A DNA stretch of 64,000 bases. Source: an uncultured bacterium (GTDB taxonomy: Bacteria > Patescibacteriota > JABMPQ01 > CAVVCK01). The stretch lies in assembly GCA_963746775.1 (NCBI GenBank), contig CAVVCK010000001.1, positions 483,151-547,150 of the forward strand, read 5' to 3'. The notes below the pieces were generated by a model, which did no database searches, was not told the DNA's origin, and saw only the letters and a list, made by a program, of their open reading frames with translations. Positions 1 to 10,530 of the stretch are shown piece after piece (the stretch's first letter is position 1; each line of letters starts with the position of its first letter). Both the position numbers and the translations under genes were made by a program.

Positions 1-2535
1 AAATTTTGGCGCCGGATCATCAGTTGATTTTACAAAATCATTACCTGTTAAAGATTCAATATTAGTTACCACCCAAGTAGATTTATTTTCATCAGCCCTA
101 AAATTTTGCACTTGAGTGGGAGGAGTAGTGTCTATTAAAAATTTTAAATAAGGAGCATCACCTAATTGATTAGTATTAGATGGATTAACATTACCCACTT
201 TATCTTTCGAAGTTATAGCCATGGTGTGCCAGCCCTCAGCCAATTCTGGTGCCGTCCAATTTAGCGTATTGCCAATAAAAGTATCAATCCCTCCCTGACC
301 ATCCGGCGTAGGATCATCAATGGCCACATAATAGCCATCAATTCCAGAATTAGCATCATAAGCGCTGTCCCATTTAAAAGAAGGGGTGGTATCCTGAGTA
401 GCGCTTTCCAGCCAAATTGTTTTATTAGTATCACCTTTTAAATTTTTAATTTTAGTAGGCGCTTCCCCATCAATATAAATTTCAAATTTAGCTGGTGAAT
501 TTTTATATAAATCATTTTCTTGGCCATTATAGAGAGCAAATATTTCTTGAAAATTATTAGAATTATTAGGCGACTTTATTTTAAATTGATATTTTATTTT
601 CTCTCCTGGCTTAACTTCTCTGTTCAGTAAAGTAGGCTGCCATTGATTCGGCCAATCAGAGGTGCTAAAAATACTATTTCTCTTGTGCGGATAAGTAGTA
701 ATTAAATTGGGTGAATTATTTTTGCCAGTAAACCAGGTAGCCTCGCCCGTATTTTCATATTCAATCCATAATTCTTTTTCCTCTCCTGGCCGCATATAAA
801 TTTTTTTATCAGATTGAGAAACAGCCTGAGCATCAAAAACACCCGCCTCATTTTCACCGCCTCCTCCCTGTTCTCCAATACTATCTCCAAAAAAGTTAAT
901 ATGATCATTGCTCTCCGTCGCTAGAATTAATTCTTCTCCTTCTGACTGAGGATTAATATTAGAAGCCGCAATATCGCTTAAATTCTGCTTATCCGGCGCG
1001 ATAATATAACCCGCTTTAGATAAAAGCCCTCCCCAAGCTTGATTCAAATCCCGATCCCAATAAAAATAGACTTTATTTTGATTGCCAGAAGCTAGCACTG
1101 CCAAATAATCTCTTACTCCATCATTGCCCTTGAATTTGCCCGTAACCATTTCTTTAACAAATCCGCCTGAAGCTCCATCAACATAGCCTTGTTTTTTAAA
1201 ATTTACTTCCTCAATCTGTCCTCGCCAATTTTTCTTATTGCTATAAAAATATTCATAGACATGATCATCATTACTGGTGGCTACCATTAATTCATCATAA
1301 CCATTGCCGTCTATATCCATACAAGCTAGAGCAGAAATAGTAGGATTGCCGTCATGCGCATCCAGCCAATTATGCTCAACTTTATCCACAGTAAAACCAA
1401 CTGCGCTCTTATGCCAATTATCAAACATATAAATATGATCATCAGCCTTAGTTGATACAAATAATTCGTCCCGACCATCATGATCAACATCGCCAGTGGT
1501 AATTTGATTAGCCTGCGGCCGACCGTCATGGGTATCCACGGAACCAACTAAAGAATTGTTATAATAAAAATATACCAAGTCAGATCCCTGGTATATAATA
1601 GCTAAATATTCTTTTGAGCCACCTTCAAATTTTCCAGAAACCATATCTTGTATTTTCTTGCCCTTGCCTTCTATTCTAGATAATTGATTAGCCGCCTGCC
1701 CTTCATATATTTTTTTTCCATTCCATTCCCCGTAAAAATAAACATCCTGATCAGGCGCATTAGTAGCCAAATGAAATCCCTGCACCGATCCGCCGAAATT
1801 GCCGGAAGATAGGTGAGTTGCTTTTGGACTATTGGAATGGGCGTCTAACCAGCCGATGTGGTTGAGAGAGAAGGGGGTGATTTGGGAAGTGTTGGAAGAG
1901 GTGTTGGAATTGTTGGAGTTGTGGGAAGATGTATCTGCGCTAGAATTATTTGAATCAGAATTTGTACTTTGGACTGAAGAAGAATCGGGCGTATACCCTG
2001 GAATTCTGAGCCAGCCTTGGACTTGATAAACTCCAGTAGGAGAAATATAATACTTGCCATTATCAACTGTTAACTTTAATTTTCTAGTAGCACTATTTCT
2101 GCTCCAATTTTGCTCAATAATATTTACATAATCATCACCTACTTCGGTTATTATAGCTACATGACCATAGCCGCCGCCACTAAAAGTTAATAAATCATCT
2201 GGCTGGGGAGATATTGAACCATTATTAGGATTAGCCTCAAGACCTTTGGATGCAGCATTTCCAAAATAATTTCCTCCGTCTCCTGATCCACGCATATTTT
2301 TCCAACCCAAAGCTTTTACATAAAAACGATTAACATATTCAACACATTGAAACTGATAACCATATTCTTTATAAGGTCCATTTACCCCGTGCGTATTGCC
2401 ATTAGAATATGCGTTTACTCCTTTATAAGATCCTATTTCAACACCAAAATCCGCTGCAAAAGAAAAATTAATTATAAATAAACTAAAAACTAAACAAAAA
2501 CAAACAATTAGAAAAATTTGATATTTATTTTTCAT
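1..2535 (-). CDS. Large secreted CHAP-domain amidase/peptidase with FG-GAP-like repeats and Ig-like domains (3' end runs off window)
   Basis: Not in ORF track; my translation from ATG 2535 is open to base 1. Signal peptide MKNKYQIFLIVCFCLVFSLFIINFSFA, CHAP motifs FQCVEYVNRFY / GHVAII / EQNW, Ser/Asn linker, GDVDHDGRDEL and DIDGNGYDEL repeats, DTTPP-type Ig-like repeats. Confidence 0.85.
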   Translation of the reverse strand, partial: MKNKYQIFLIVCFCLVFSLFIINFSFAADFGVEIGSYKGVNAYSNGNTHGVNGPYKEYGYQFQCVEYVNRFYVKALGWKNMRGSGDGGNYFGNAASKGLEANPNNGSISPQPDDLLTFSGGGYGHVAIITEVGDDYVNIIEQNWSRNSATRKLKLTVDNGKYYISPTGVYQVQGWLRIPGYTPDSSSVQSTNSDSNNSSADTSSHNSNNSNTSSNTSQITPFSLNHIGWLDAHSNSPKATHLSSGNFGGSVQGFHLATNAPDQDVYFYGEWNGKKIYEGQAANQLSRIEGKGKKIQDMVSGKFEGGSKEYLAIIYQGSDLVYFYYNNSLVGSVDTHDGRPQANQITTGDVDHDGRDELFVSTKADDHIYMFDNWHKSAVGFTVDKVEHNWLDAHDGNPTISALACMDIDGNGYDELMVATSNDDHVYEYFYSNKKNWRGQIEEVNFKKQGYVDGASGGFVKEMVTGKFKGNDGVRDYLAVLASGNQNKVYFYWDRDLNQAWGGLLSKAGYIIAPDKQNLSDIAASNINPQSEGEELILATESNDHINFFGDSIGEQGGGGENEAGVFDAQAVSQSDKKIYMRPGEEKELWIEYENTGEATWFTGKNNSPNLITTYPHKRNSIFSTSDWPNQWQPTLLNREVKPGEKIKYQFKIKSPNNSNNFQEIFALYNGQENDLYKNSPAKFEIYIDGEAPTKIKNLKGDTNKTIWLESATQDTTPSFKWDSAYDANSGIDGYYVAIDDPTPDGQGGIDTFIGNTLNWTAPELAEGWHTMAITSKDKVGNVNPSNTNQLGDAPYLKFLIDTTPPTQVQNFRADENKSTWVVTNIESLTGNDFVKSTDDPAPKF

Positions 2536-2561
2536 TTAACCCCCTATTAAATAAAAAATCG

Positions 2562-3125
2562 TTATGGATTTAATTTAAAAGTATCAATTATTCTCTCTAT
2601 ATCTGTATTCAATTCTTTAATTTCACAATCTGGCATACCCACACAATCATTACTACTAGAATAATAGAGTAAATATTTGTTATTTCTTGTAATATATTTT
2701 TGTGGATAATCTATAATAGAAGGATCATTTTCGTCTTCTGTTTTGACAATCTGTATTTGAATATATTGATTTAATCCTTTTGAACTTAAAAGTATTGATT
2801 TATAAATTTTAGATCCCTCGAAAATTTTAACATTTTCTTCATTTAATTTGCCCCATTCTTTCGGATACCTCAAACTAAACCCATACTCTTCATTTTCATA
2901 GGTGAACCAATTAGAAGTATCAATTTCATTTGAATTCTCATTATTATCTTCTGTATTTTTAACATTGTCTTCTTCCTGATTCTCCTCATTCGAAATTTCC
3001 GCCGCCGGAGCTTTGGCTTCTTTGTAGGCTACAAAATAATATAAAATAAGCAGTAAAAAAATCGCTAAAACAATAAAAACAATAAAATAAATTTTTTTGC
3101 TCTTTTTCTTTTTTTCTTCTGCCAT
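2562..3125 (-). CDS. Membrane-anchored PsbP-like hypothetical protein
   Basis: N-terminal TM helix, acidic linker, WFTYENEEYGFSLRYPKEW motif common in CPR surface proteins. Confidence 0.65.
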   Translation of the reverse strand: MAEEKKKKSKKIYFIVFIVLAIFLLLILYYFVAYKEAKAPAAEISNEENQEEDNVKNTEDNNENSNEIDTSNWFTYENEEYGFSLRYPKEWGKLNEENVKIFEGSKIYKSILLSSKGLNQYIQIQIVKTEDENDPSIIDYPQKYITRNNKYLLYYSSSNDCVGMPDCEIKELNTDIERIIDTFKLNP

Positions 3126-3376
3126 TTTTTTATAAATTAAACTAAAAAATTCCCATCAAAAAGTTTGGGAAATTATAAATTAATAATATCATTATTAAAT
3201 AAATTTTTGTTGCCTCCATCAACATTTTTTATTTTGAATAATAAATTTTTTGTTCTCTATTTTAAGTTAGCACTAAAACAAATCCAGGTCAAAATAATTT
3301 TTGTGGATAAAAATTTTGAACAAGATTTATTTCCCTCCGAGAAGAATGCCCGGAGGGTTTCAAAGATCAAAACCTG

Positions 3377-3502
3377 TTAGAGGTCTCTCTTCTTTTTCTT
3401 ATGTACTTCTCTCCTTTCCAGGGCATACTTTGTTGCTACATCCGACGCCGCTGTAATTACAAAATACAATAAAATGACAAGAACTACCACACTAACAAAC
3501 AT
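3377..3502 (-). CDS. Small 41-aa single-TM protein
   Basis: MFVSVVVLVILLYFVITAASDVATKYALERREVHKKKKRDL; GGAGGAGGAGG directly upstream, TTGACA at 3553-3558 (- strand), hairpin 3333-3357 downstream. Confidence 0.55.
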   Translation of the reverse strand: MFVSVVVLVILLYFVITAASDVATKYALERREVHKKKKRDL

Positions 3503-3610
3503 CCTCCTCCTCCATTGCAAGTTGATAAATTTTTACTCCTAATTCCCTTATTTGTCAATATATCCTTTATTTTTAAATAAAAAAGTATTAGAATATATTT
3601 AAAATAAAAT

Positions 3611-4495
3611 ATGAATGAAAAATTAGAGGGTGAATTTATACCTGAAGATCTGGCAATAAGCGATCAGGAAGAGCTAGATCCAGAAAATAAAGAAGAAGAA
3701 ATAACCATAGAAGCAAAATACGAAGGCGAAAATCCTAAGCTTTTTGTAATAGAATTAATCAAAGATGCTCATGTTAAAGGAGTCAAGCTGACTTTCAAGG
3801 AGGTTATGAAACAGATTGAAGAAGCTATACAAGAAAAAGACGAAGGAGAAGAAAAATTCAGCTTCGAGAAAAGCATACAAACTAAATCTGCTGATATTAT
3901 AATTCCCAAAGGAATAACTTTTTCAATTAAAGCCAAGCCTTCTGAAACAATACAGTCGGCAGAAGAACAGCCAGAAGAAGATGATCTCGATTTCGATGAC
4001 GATGATGAGCAAAAAGAGGAAAGAGAATCACAAAGAAAAAAGGACAAAGATGAAAAAGAAGATGATATATTTGAAACAGAATTGATGAAAGTAAGAGATG
4101 CCCTCGAAACCACTGAGGGAACAATCTTAAATCGATCTTTAGAGAAAATAAAAGAAATAGGGAAAAGGTTAGTAAATAAACTAAAGGGCTTGGGAAATAA
4201 TCCATTAGAATCAGAAATTCCTGAACCAGATAATATTCAAACAGATAGCTTAGAATTATTAAGATTTTTAGAAGAAGCAGAAGAAAATGGCAGTAAATTA
4301 ACTAAAAAACTTAAAGAAGACTTTGACATAAACCTTACAAGAAGTCTTGTTCCTAGTGAATATATCCTAGCTTATTTGTATAAAATATATAAAGAGAAGG
4401 GCGTAGAAATACCTGATAAAATACTTAATTCAAGGCGTTCGGGTAGCTCGCCAGATACTTTACAAAAAGCAGTAGATATAGAAAGATTGAAATAA
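3611..4495 (+). CDS. Highly acidic hypothetical protein
   Basis: 294-aa ORF, Glu/Asp/Lys rich, followed by a terminator. Confidence 0.7.
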   Translation: MNEKLEGEFIPEDLAISDQEELDPENKEEEITIEAKYEGENPKLFVIELIKDAHVKGVKLTFKEVMKQIEEAIQEKDEGEEKFSFEKSIQTKSADIIIPKGITFSIKAKPSETIQSAEEQPEEDDLDFDDDDEQKEERESQRKKDKDEKEDDIFETELMKVRDALETTEGTILNRSLEKIKEIGKRLVNKLKGLGNNPLESEIPEPDNIQTDSLELLRFLEEAEENGSKLTKKLKEDFDINLTRSLVPSEYILAYLYKIYKEKGVEIPDKILNSRRSGSSPDTLQKAVDIERLK

Positions 4496-4508
4496 ATTTT
4501 TACATTAC

Positions 4509-4536
4509 AAAAAAGCGGGTATAAAACCCGCTTTTT
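4509..4536. terminator. Bidirectional intrinsic terminator
   Basis: AAAAAAGCGGGT-ATAAA-ACCCGCTTTTT between convergent genes. Confidence 0.8.
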
Positions 4537-4552
4537 ATTTTTACAATAGCTA

Positions 4553-5620
4553 CTAATAAACAGTAAGCATAAACCCTACTTCCGTAGCACCTACTTGTGC
4601 AGCATCAAAAGGCGCAACCATTAGCATATCCGGATATTCACTATTGCTATTAGTGGAAACACCCATAAAGGCTGGTGGACCTTGTTGTCCGGTCGAATCA
4701 TTGTTAACAACAGCACTCCAATATCTACTAATAACATTAAACTCAAAAGTTAAGAGATACGTGCCCTGCATATCTTCACAGCTTATAGTAGAATTATCAT
4801 AAGTCCATTGCCTTGTACAGCTTCCATCACTCTCTACATAGACTAAAGCTTTGACTGCCCCATTGTCAGCTAAACTCTGATTTATATCTCCTTGAGTTGA
4901 TATATCTCCACTAACGTTAAGACTTCCTATGCTTAAACTAGCTTGAGAAGAAACATCACTACCTGTTATCGTCCCATTAGTTATCATGCTAGAGGTAACA
5001 CTAGATACATTCAAAGTTACATCTCCTGATTCCCCTCCTCCACTAAGTCCATCTCCTGCTATTATAGAAGTTATTCCACCACTACCACTGTCTCCTCCAG
5101 ATTGATCAACCCATACTAAACTTTCTCCGTCATAAGATAAAACTTGATCACTGGAAGGATTATTACTAGTTGCAATATTATCAGTATGAATAACATCGCT
5201 ACCTACAATATTACCCACCTTAACATCACCATTAAAATAAGCATCTTCAAAAGGTCTTAGAGTACTTCCTATATCTACTGAATCCCCCCAAGAAAATAAG
5301 CTGTTTTCTATTTTAATATGACCTTCCATTCCAGTTAAAGAGCCGTATATTTTAACATCATCACCAAGAGCAATTTCACCAGAAGGATTTATTATAGTGC
5401 CATAAGCAAAAATAACTCCACCGTCTTCTTTATTTCCTATATGAACTGAGTTAAACCTTGCTGTACTATCTACGGTAATATCTTCTTTATATTTTATAGT
5501 AGAAGCTGGTTGTAATAAATCAGCTTGAGAAGAAGCAAGAGCAGCGTTCGTTAAAAAAAACAATAAAGAAAATACGCTCAAAGAAAGAGTTGTCTTTAAT
5601 AAAAAGTTACCTGTTTTCAT
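4553..5620 (-). CDS. Secreted fibre/beta-repeat-like surface protein
   Basis: Signal peptide; GGITSIIAGDGLSGGGESGDVTLNV and VTSSMITNGTITGSDV motifs resembling fibre/adhesin segments. Confidence 0.6.
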   Translation of the reverse strand: MKTGNFLLKTTLSLSVFSLLFFLTNAALASSQADLLQPASTIKYKEDITVDSTARFNSVHIGNKEDGGVIFAYGTIINPSGEIALGDDVKIYGSLTGMEGHIKIENSLFSWGDSVDIGSTLRPFEDAYFNGDVKVGNIVGSDVIHTDNIATSNNPSSDQVLSYDGESLVWVDQSGGDSGSGGITSIIAGDGLSGGGESGDVTLNVSSVTSSMITNGTITGSDVSSQASLSIGSLNVSGDISTQGDINQSLADNGAVKALVYVESDGSCTRQWTYDNSTISCEDMQGTYLLTFEFNVISRYWSAVVNNDSTGQQGPPAFMGVSTNSNSEYPDMLMVAPFDAAQVGATEVGFMLTVY

Positions 5621-5749
5621 TTTTTTTTATTTAATATTTTTTATACCAATACATAATAGCAAATTTTTTAAAACCTGTACAAATCTTTTTTAGAGCTAGC
5701 AATAAAGCATACTCCAATAGAATATTTGCAAAAATAACTTTCCTAAATT

Positions 5750-6742
5750 TTAAACTATTCCAAATAGCCTTCCAATAAAAAATAGATAAAGCACTATATA
5801 CATCGCCCCTTCATAAATATGAATTCTTCTAGAAATACCGGAAATTACAAATAAGAATGTCGCCACAATCATCACTGGCACACCCAATGCAAAAGTTTGA
5901 TCATCCACCTGTAAAGTTTTAAATAATCCCGGCACACCTACTACAAATAAAATATTGAAAATATTTGAACCGAAGATTCCTCCCAAAGCCATTTCCGCTT
6001 TTTTATTCCAGGCAGCCTTAACCGATACTAATAATTCCGGTAAAGATGTGCCAACAGAAGCAGCAGCTAAGGCAATCACGCCCGTACTAATATTGAAAAT
6101 AACAGATAATTCAATCATAGCATCTACAAAATATTTAGAGCCTACCAGTAAGAAAGCTAGCCCGATAATTAAAATTATTATATCTTTAGCTGTAATTTTC
6201 GGTCTTTCCTTGATTTCTTGCTTAGACATAGTAACTTCGTGCTTTCTTCTCTCGGCTCTGCCCGGTAATTTTTCTTTTTTCTCATCTTCCTTATCTTCTT
6301 TATATAATATGGAATATAAAATATATATAACAAATAAAACAAGTAAAACTATAGATTCACCTAAAACTATTTTTTGGTCTAAAACAACTCCTAAAAAGAC
6401 GACTGTGCTGATAGCAATAAGGGGTATGTCCAAATCTATTAAATTTTTAGTAACCGCTAATTTCCCGCCAATTATAGAAGCAATACCAATAATAAGTAAT
6501 ATATTAGCAATATTAGATCCAATCACACCAGCTGTAACTATTTCTGTTTGATCTTTAAAAACTGCCACCATGGAAGAAACTACTTCAGGAAAAGATGTAC
6601 CTATACCAACTATAACTACACCTACTATAAAAGGAGGAAGACCAATAGCTAAGCCTATTTTTTCTGCACTTTTAAGCAACCAGTCAGCTCCTTTGACTAG
6701 AGCAGCTAAAGATACAATAAAGACCACAATCCAAAATATCAC
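5750..6742 (-). CDS. Calcium/sodium antiporter (YrbG family)
   Basis: Two alpha repeats GTSFPE..GSNIANI and GTSLPE..GSNIFNI, multiple TM helices. Confidence 0.9.
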   Translation of the reverse strand: MIFWIVVFIVSLAALVKGADWLLKSAEKIGLAIGLPPFIVGVVIVGIGTSFPEVVSSMVAVFKDQTEIVTAGVIGSNIANILLIIGIASIIGGKLAVTKNLIDLDIPLIAISTVVFLGVVLDQKIVLGESIVLLVLFVIYILYSILYKEDKEDEKKEKLPGRAERRKHEVTMSKQEIKERPKITAKDIIILIIGLAFLLVGSKYFVDAMIELSVIFNISTGVIALAAASVGTSLPELLVSVKAAWNKKAEMALGGIFGSNIFNILFVVGVPGLFKTLQVDDQTFALGVPVMIVATFLFVISGISRRIHIYEGAMYIVLYLFFIGRLFGIV

Positions 6743-6902
6743 TTTTTTGTTTTTATTTTTGTTTTTTATATATAAAAGAAATATTTACTTTATTATATTA
6801 TAGCAAAAATTTGACTTTTTAGCAAATATTTCTTTAGAAATTGATTTTCGCTTACGAGAGTAAGCGAGATATATAAAGGTGCATGTATTGGAGAGATTCG
6901 TT

Positions 6903-7319
6903 TTACTTATTAATTTCTTTAATATTATCTATTTCTTGTCGTACTTTTACTGTTTCCAGTTCTATTCCTGCCGCTTCTCTCTGCAATTTTTCTATAGCAA
7001 CACGGTGTTTCAGAATTTCTATTTCCATTCTTCTTTGCGCCATTTCTTGAGCCAATTGGCCTTCATCTTTTTTTATAGCCGCAGCGTAAGCTTCAGCGAT
7101 CAGATATCGCACAAAAGATTCTTCACTTTCCCTCTGCGCATTATATAAATCACTTTTTACCTTTTCTCGCATAGCTTCCAGCTCAGTCTCACCCCTAGGC
7201 AAACCCAACTGCCATAGCTTTTGAACATACAAAATCAATATTATCGCAGCAGCTGTAGCTGCCACCAAGAAAGCCACCAGAATAGCAATGACCAGAATTT
7301 CAATGATCATCTCCAACAT
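6903..7319 (-). CDS. Hypothetical membrane-anchored coiled-coil protein
   Basis: N-terminal TM, GGAGG upstream, TTGACT promoter-like box near 7396-7401. Confidence 0.6.
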   Translation of the reverse strand: MLEMIIEILVIAILVAFLVAATAAAIILILYVQKLWQLGLPRGETELEAMREKVKSDLYNAQRESEESFVRYLIAEAYAAAIKKDEGQLAQEMAQRRMEIEILKHRVAIEKLQREAAGIELETVKVRQEIDNIKEINK

Positions 7320-7469
7320 TTCATTCCTCCTTTTTCAATCTCCAAGCATCTCCTTCGTGCTTGGGGATTTATAATATTATCAATTGATATTTTAAAGTCA
7401 AACACTAAAAAGAAGCTTCTAATTAGAAGCTTCTTTTACAAAACATTATTTTAAAGGATAGGGCGAAGA

Positions 7470-7856
7470 CTATGTTTTACTTTGTTTTTCCATAGTTTCG
7501 CCTTGGCTGGAGAAGGTAAATTTAACTGAGCTTCTAGTAGCACTCATCTGTACATTTTCTAATTTATGTACTCCTCTGCTTTGAGCACTTTCCAAAGCGT
7601 ACCTCAAAACTTTGATTTTTTCCTTAAGCTTCTTGCCATATACTCCGATTAATATTTCCACCTTGCCAGAATCCAACACATAAATTCTAATACTATAGAA
7701 TTTTCTCTCCCACATCATGTGCTTCTCAGGATCAATAAGATCATTCATCACTGCTTGGAGATAATCATTTTTCTTGCTGTCGTCCCTAATAAAAGTGGAA
7801 ATCCAATAACCCAGTATCAGTTTAACTACTTCCCATCTTTTATCTTCAGGTTTCAT
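7470..7856 (-). CDS. Hypothetical protein
   Basis: 128-aa ORF with purine-rich RBS GAGGAAAGG. Confidence 0.55.
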   Translation of the reverse strand: MKPEDKRWEVVKLILGYWISTFIRDDSKKNDYLQAVMNDLIDPEKHMMWERKFYSIRIYVLDSGKVEILIGVYGKKLKEKIKVLRYALESAQSRGVHKLENVQMSATRSSVKFTFSSQGETMEKQSKT

Positions 7857-7973
7857 TTTACCTTTCCTCGCTTAAAGAACGTGACCTATAAATATAGTAT
7901 AAATGATAGAAATAGCAAGCAAACAATATCTTTTCTAAATAAAAATACCCCGTTGAAAATAACGGGATATTTA

Positions 7974-8058
7974 TGCCGAAGGCGGGAGTCGAACCCGCAT
8001 GACTTTAAAGGTCACAGGATTTTAAGTCCTGCGTGTATACCAGTTCCACCACTTCGGC
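7974..8058 (-). tRNA. tRNA-Leu(TAA)
   Basis: GCCGAAG acceptor, CAGGA-CTTAAAA-TCCTG anticodon arm, long variable arm, GGTTCGACTCC. Confidence 0.95.
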
Positions 8059-8120
8059 TTATCTTTATTGCTTTATACTATATTATATTTTATTATAAAG
8101 AAAATAAATAATTTAAAAAC

Positions 8121-8327
8121 ATGTCTGAACGTAGAGAACCAAGCGTAAATTTTAACGAAGAAGGCATTCAAATCTGCCCAACTTGCAAAAGGCCAGTAAC
8201 GGATAAATCTTCCGGTTGTAATAATTGCCTACATAGTGCCTATCGAGGTGAAAATCCTTTCGAACCAAGCCTGGAATCAGGTTATAAACCACCAGTACCT
8301 GAGGAAAAAACAGAGAAATCAAAATAG
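8121..8327 (+). CDS. Small putative zinc-binding protein
   Basis: CPTC...CNNC motifs in 68 aa. Confidence 0.55.
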   Translation: MSERREPSVNFNEEGIQICPTCKRPVTDKSSGCNNCLHSAYRGENPFEPSLESGYKPPVPEEKTEKSK

Positions 8328-8417
8328 ATACAAACTGTCAAAGATGGAATAAAAAAGACAATTATAGAATAATTTTTGTCTTTTTTTAATATTTTGAAAA
8401 AACTTGCCGGTCTATTT

Positions 8418-9173
8418 TTAAAAACTTTCTACCTTCACTCTAATTAATCCTTCTCCTAGGGAAGCAATTTCTGAAAAAGCGCTATCAGATAAATCAATCA
8501 CTCTGCCAGAAATAAAAGGACCTCTATCAACTATTCTCACTATACAGGATTTATTATTATCCTTATTAGTTACCTTGACCTCATCACCTATTTCAAATTG
8601 ATTCATGGCAGCGGTCATTTCCTGCCCGTTATAATACCAACTAGCTAATCCTTCATATTCCTCTTTAGGAACAATGTCTTCCAAAACTACTATTTTGCTA
8701 TAAGGCAGATGTGTAATTGCTTTGACATAGCCGCTATTACTATCAGCATAGGAAGGTAACTCTATCCAGCCATTTTTATTGCTATCCCAATAATATAAGG
8801 ATTTTCGAGCCTTGCTTTCTGAATTATATTTCAAGGCTATCCAGGAAGGTTTTTTTACAATAATTGGATTATATTGAAGCCCAATCATATCAAAACTATA
8901 GGTATTAGAAACAATTTTCTTGCCTTTTGGTAAAGGATGCTTATCAATATTGATATCCTTAAGCGTCACCTGGACTTCTTGATCAACCTGATTAGGAGTT
9001 ACAGCAAAACGAATATCGTTATTATTATGCGTTACAGTGTAACCTTTAACAATGGTCTGCTTATCTATCCTAAGGTCGGTACTTACACTGCTGGCATCTA
9101 TACTGAAACAAAGAGCAAATAATCCTGAAAAAATAATTGTTAAAATAAAAAGGAGACTTTTAATCTTGGTCAT
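8418..9173 (-). CDS. Secreted protein with C-terminal RlpA-like (DPBB) lytic transglycosylase domain
   Basis: GLASWY..TAA..VKVTN..VRIVDRGPF..GRVIDLS..AF motifs. Confidence 0.85.
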   Translation of the reverse strand: MTKIKSLLFILTIIFSGLFALCFSIDASSVSTDLRIDKQTIVKGYTVTHNNNDIRFAVTPNQVDQEVQVTLKDINIDKHPLPKGKKIVSNTYSFDMIGLQYNPIIVKKPSWIALKYNSESKARKSLYYWDSNKNGWIELPSYADSNSGYVKAITHLPYSKIVVLEDIVPKEEYEGLASWYYNGQEMTAAMNQFEIGDEVKVTNKDNNKSCIVRIVDRGPFISGRVIDLSDSAFSEIASLGEGLIRVKVESF

Positions 9174-9197
9174 TTTGTGATTTTTTACTTTTTCCTC

Positions 9198-9653
9198 CTA
9201 ATTATTAATTATTTGAAATATTGCTATCCCACAGGCCACGGAAACATTTAAAGATTCTTTCTGGCCTTGCATGGGAATTTCTATTATTCTATCGCACTTA
9301 TTAAGTACTCGGCGAGGCAATCCTTCAACTTCAGCTCCCAGAATTATAGCTATTGGATATTTTGGTTTAAATTTAGAATAATTTAAACTTTCTTTGTTCT
9401 GCTCTAGGGCTACAATTTGAAATCCTTCTCTTTTTAGTTTATCAACAAGTCTTCCTGTTTGTCTATATCCCTCCCAATCTACATAATTTTCAGCACCTAG
9501 GGCCACTTTAGATATTCTGGAATGCGGAGGAATAGGTGTTATTCCACATAAATATATTTTATTAATCCCAGCCCCATCAGCCGTTCTAAATATTGAACCT
9601 ACATTATATCTACTTCTAATATTATGTAAAATTAAAACTATCTTTTTTTTCAT
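9198..9653 (-). CDS. TrmH/SpoU family RNA methyltransferase
   Basis: HNIRSRYNVGSIFRTAD, GAEVEGL, IPMQGQKESLNVSVA; start moved to ATG 9653 because the ORF-track extension is tRNA-Cys. Confidence 0.9.
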   Translation of the reverse strand: MKKKIVLILHNIRSRYNVGSIFRTADGAGINKIYLCGITPIPPHSRISKVALGAENYVDWEGYRQTGRLVDKLKREGFQIVALEQNKESLNYSKFKPKYPIAIILGAEVEGLPRRVLNKCDRIIEIPMQGQKESLNVSVACGIAIFQIINN

Positions 9654-9654
9654 A

Positions 9655-9728
9655 TGGAGGCCTGGACCGGACTTGAACCGGTGTACTCGGTTTTGCAGAC
9701 CGATGCGTAACCACTCCGCCACCAGGCC
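9655..9728 (-). tRNA. tRNA-Cys(GCA), encoded CCA
   Basis: GGCCTGG acceptor, TCGGT-CTGCAAA-ACCGA anticodon arm. Confidence 0.95.
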
Positions 9729-9767
9729 CTTCAATCCGGATATTATAAAAATCTAATTATATTCCTA

Positions 9768-9839
9768 AGCGGGCAAGCAGAATCGAACTGCCGTCTCGTC
9801 CTTGGCAAGGACGCATAATAGCCACTATACGATGCCCGC
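9768..9839 (-). tRNA. tRNA-Gly(GCC)
   Basis: GCGGGCA acceptor, CGTCC-TTGCCAA-GGACG anticodon arm. Confidence 0.95.
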
Positions 9840-9939
9840 CCGGTTAGAAATTTTGGTAAATTAGAGATACTGTTAATTAATATTTTGTAATAATCAACAG
9901 TAGAAGCATTACGAACCAATACTTCTAACCGAGCACGCC
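9840..9939. mobile_element. ~95-bp palindromic element (GTTAGAA..TTCTAAC family) at tRNA-Gly 5' end, copy 1
   Basis: CGGTTAGAA...TTCTAACCG terminal inverted repeat; homologous to 11652-11750 and 30592-30692. Confidence 0.75.
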
Positions 9940-10160
9940 ACTTTGTAGAATATATGAAAAAGTAATAAGAAAAAATATCCTTATTACCTTAAGAGTATAA
10001 CAAAAAAAATTAAAAAGAAAAGCTTTTTAGGTGTATAAATAATTAGACCATTTTATTAAGCTTTACCCTAAAAATATAACTAATTTTACCTTTAGGGTAA
10101 AGGAAAACAAGTGAGAAATCACAAGTTTTCAGGAAGGAGCAAGAAAAGTAAAAAGTGCGC

Positions 10161-10530
10161 TTACGGACCGTTTTCTAATTCACGAAGTTTACCTTCGGCC
10201 CATTTCTTGGCCTTTTTCTCGGAAGAAAAAACTCCCAAGAAACAATCATCTCTACTTATGCTGGTATTTATTTTTACCGAACATGCCCAGCGGTTTTTAC
10301 CATCACAACACTCTACTTTTAACCCTGTTCTGGTTAGCTTGACTAAGAAAGGGGGCATATTCAAGGCTTGCCCTCGACTTATTTCTTTTCCCTCAAGTGG
10401 TCTAGTAAGATCTTTGTGTCGTATTAAGACCAAATAACAAGTAACCTTGAACAACTTTTCTACAGGCAATTGTTCGACAATACTTTGAGCCCTTTTAATC
10501 CACTCTTGAATAGTATTTATGTTTTCCATC
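10161..10530 (-). CDS. Hypothetical protein
   Basis: Likely start at ATG 10530 or 10527 after GAGGAGG; TTGACA-17-CATAAT upstream. Confidence 0.55.

Noticed and set aside
702-2066. Short ORFs 702-908, 1326-1547, 1832-2026 and 1845-2066
   Set aside because: Alternative-frame or antisense shadows of the long CHAP gene
9654-9734. 27-aa N-terminal extension of the TrmH-family ORF
   Set aside because: It is the tRNA-Cys sequence read as codons
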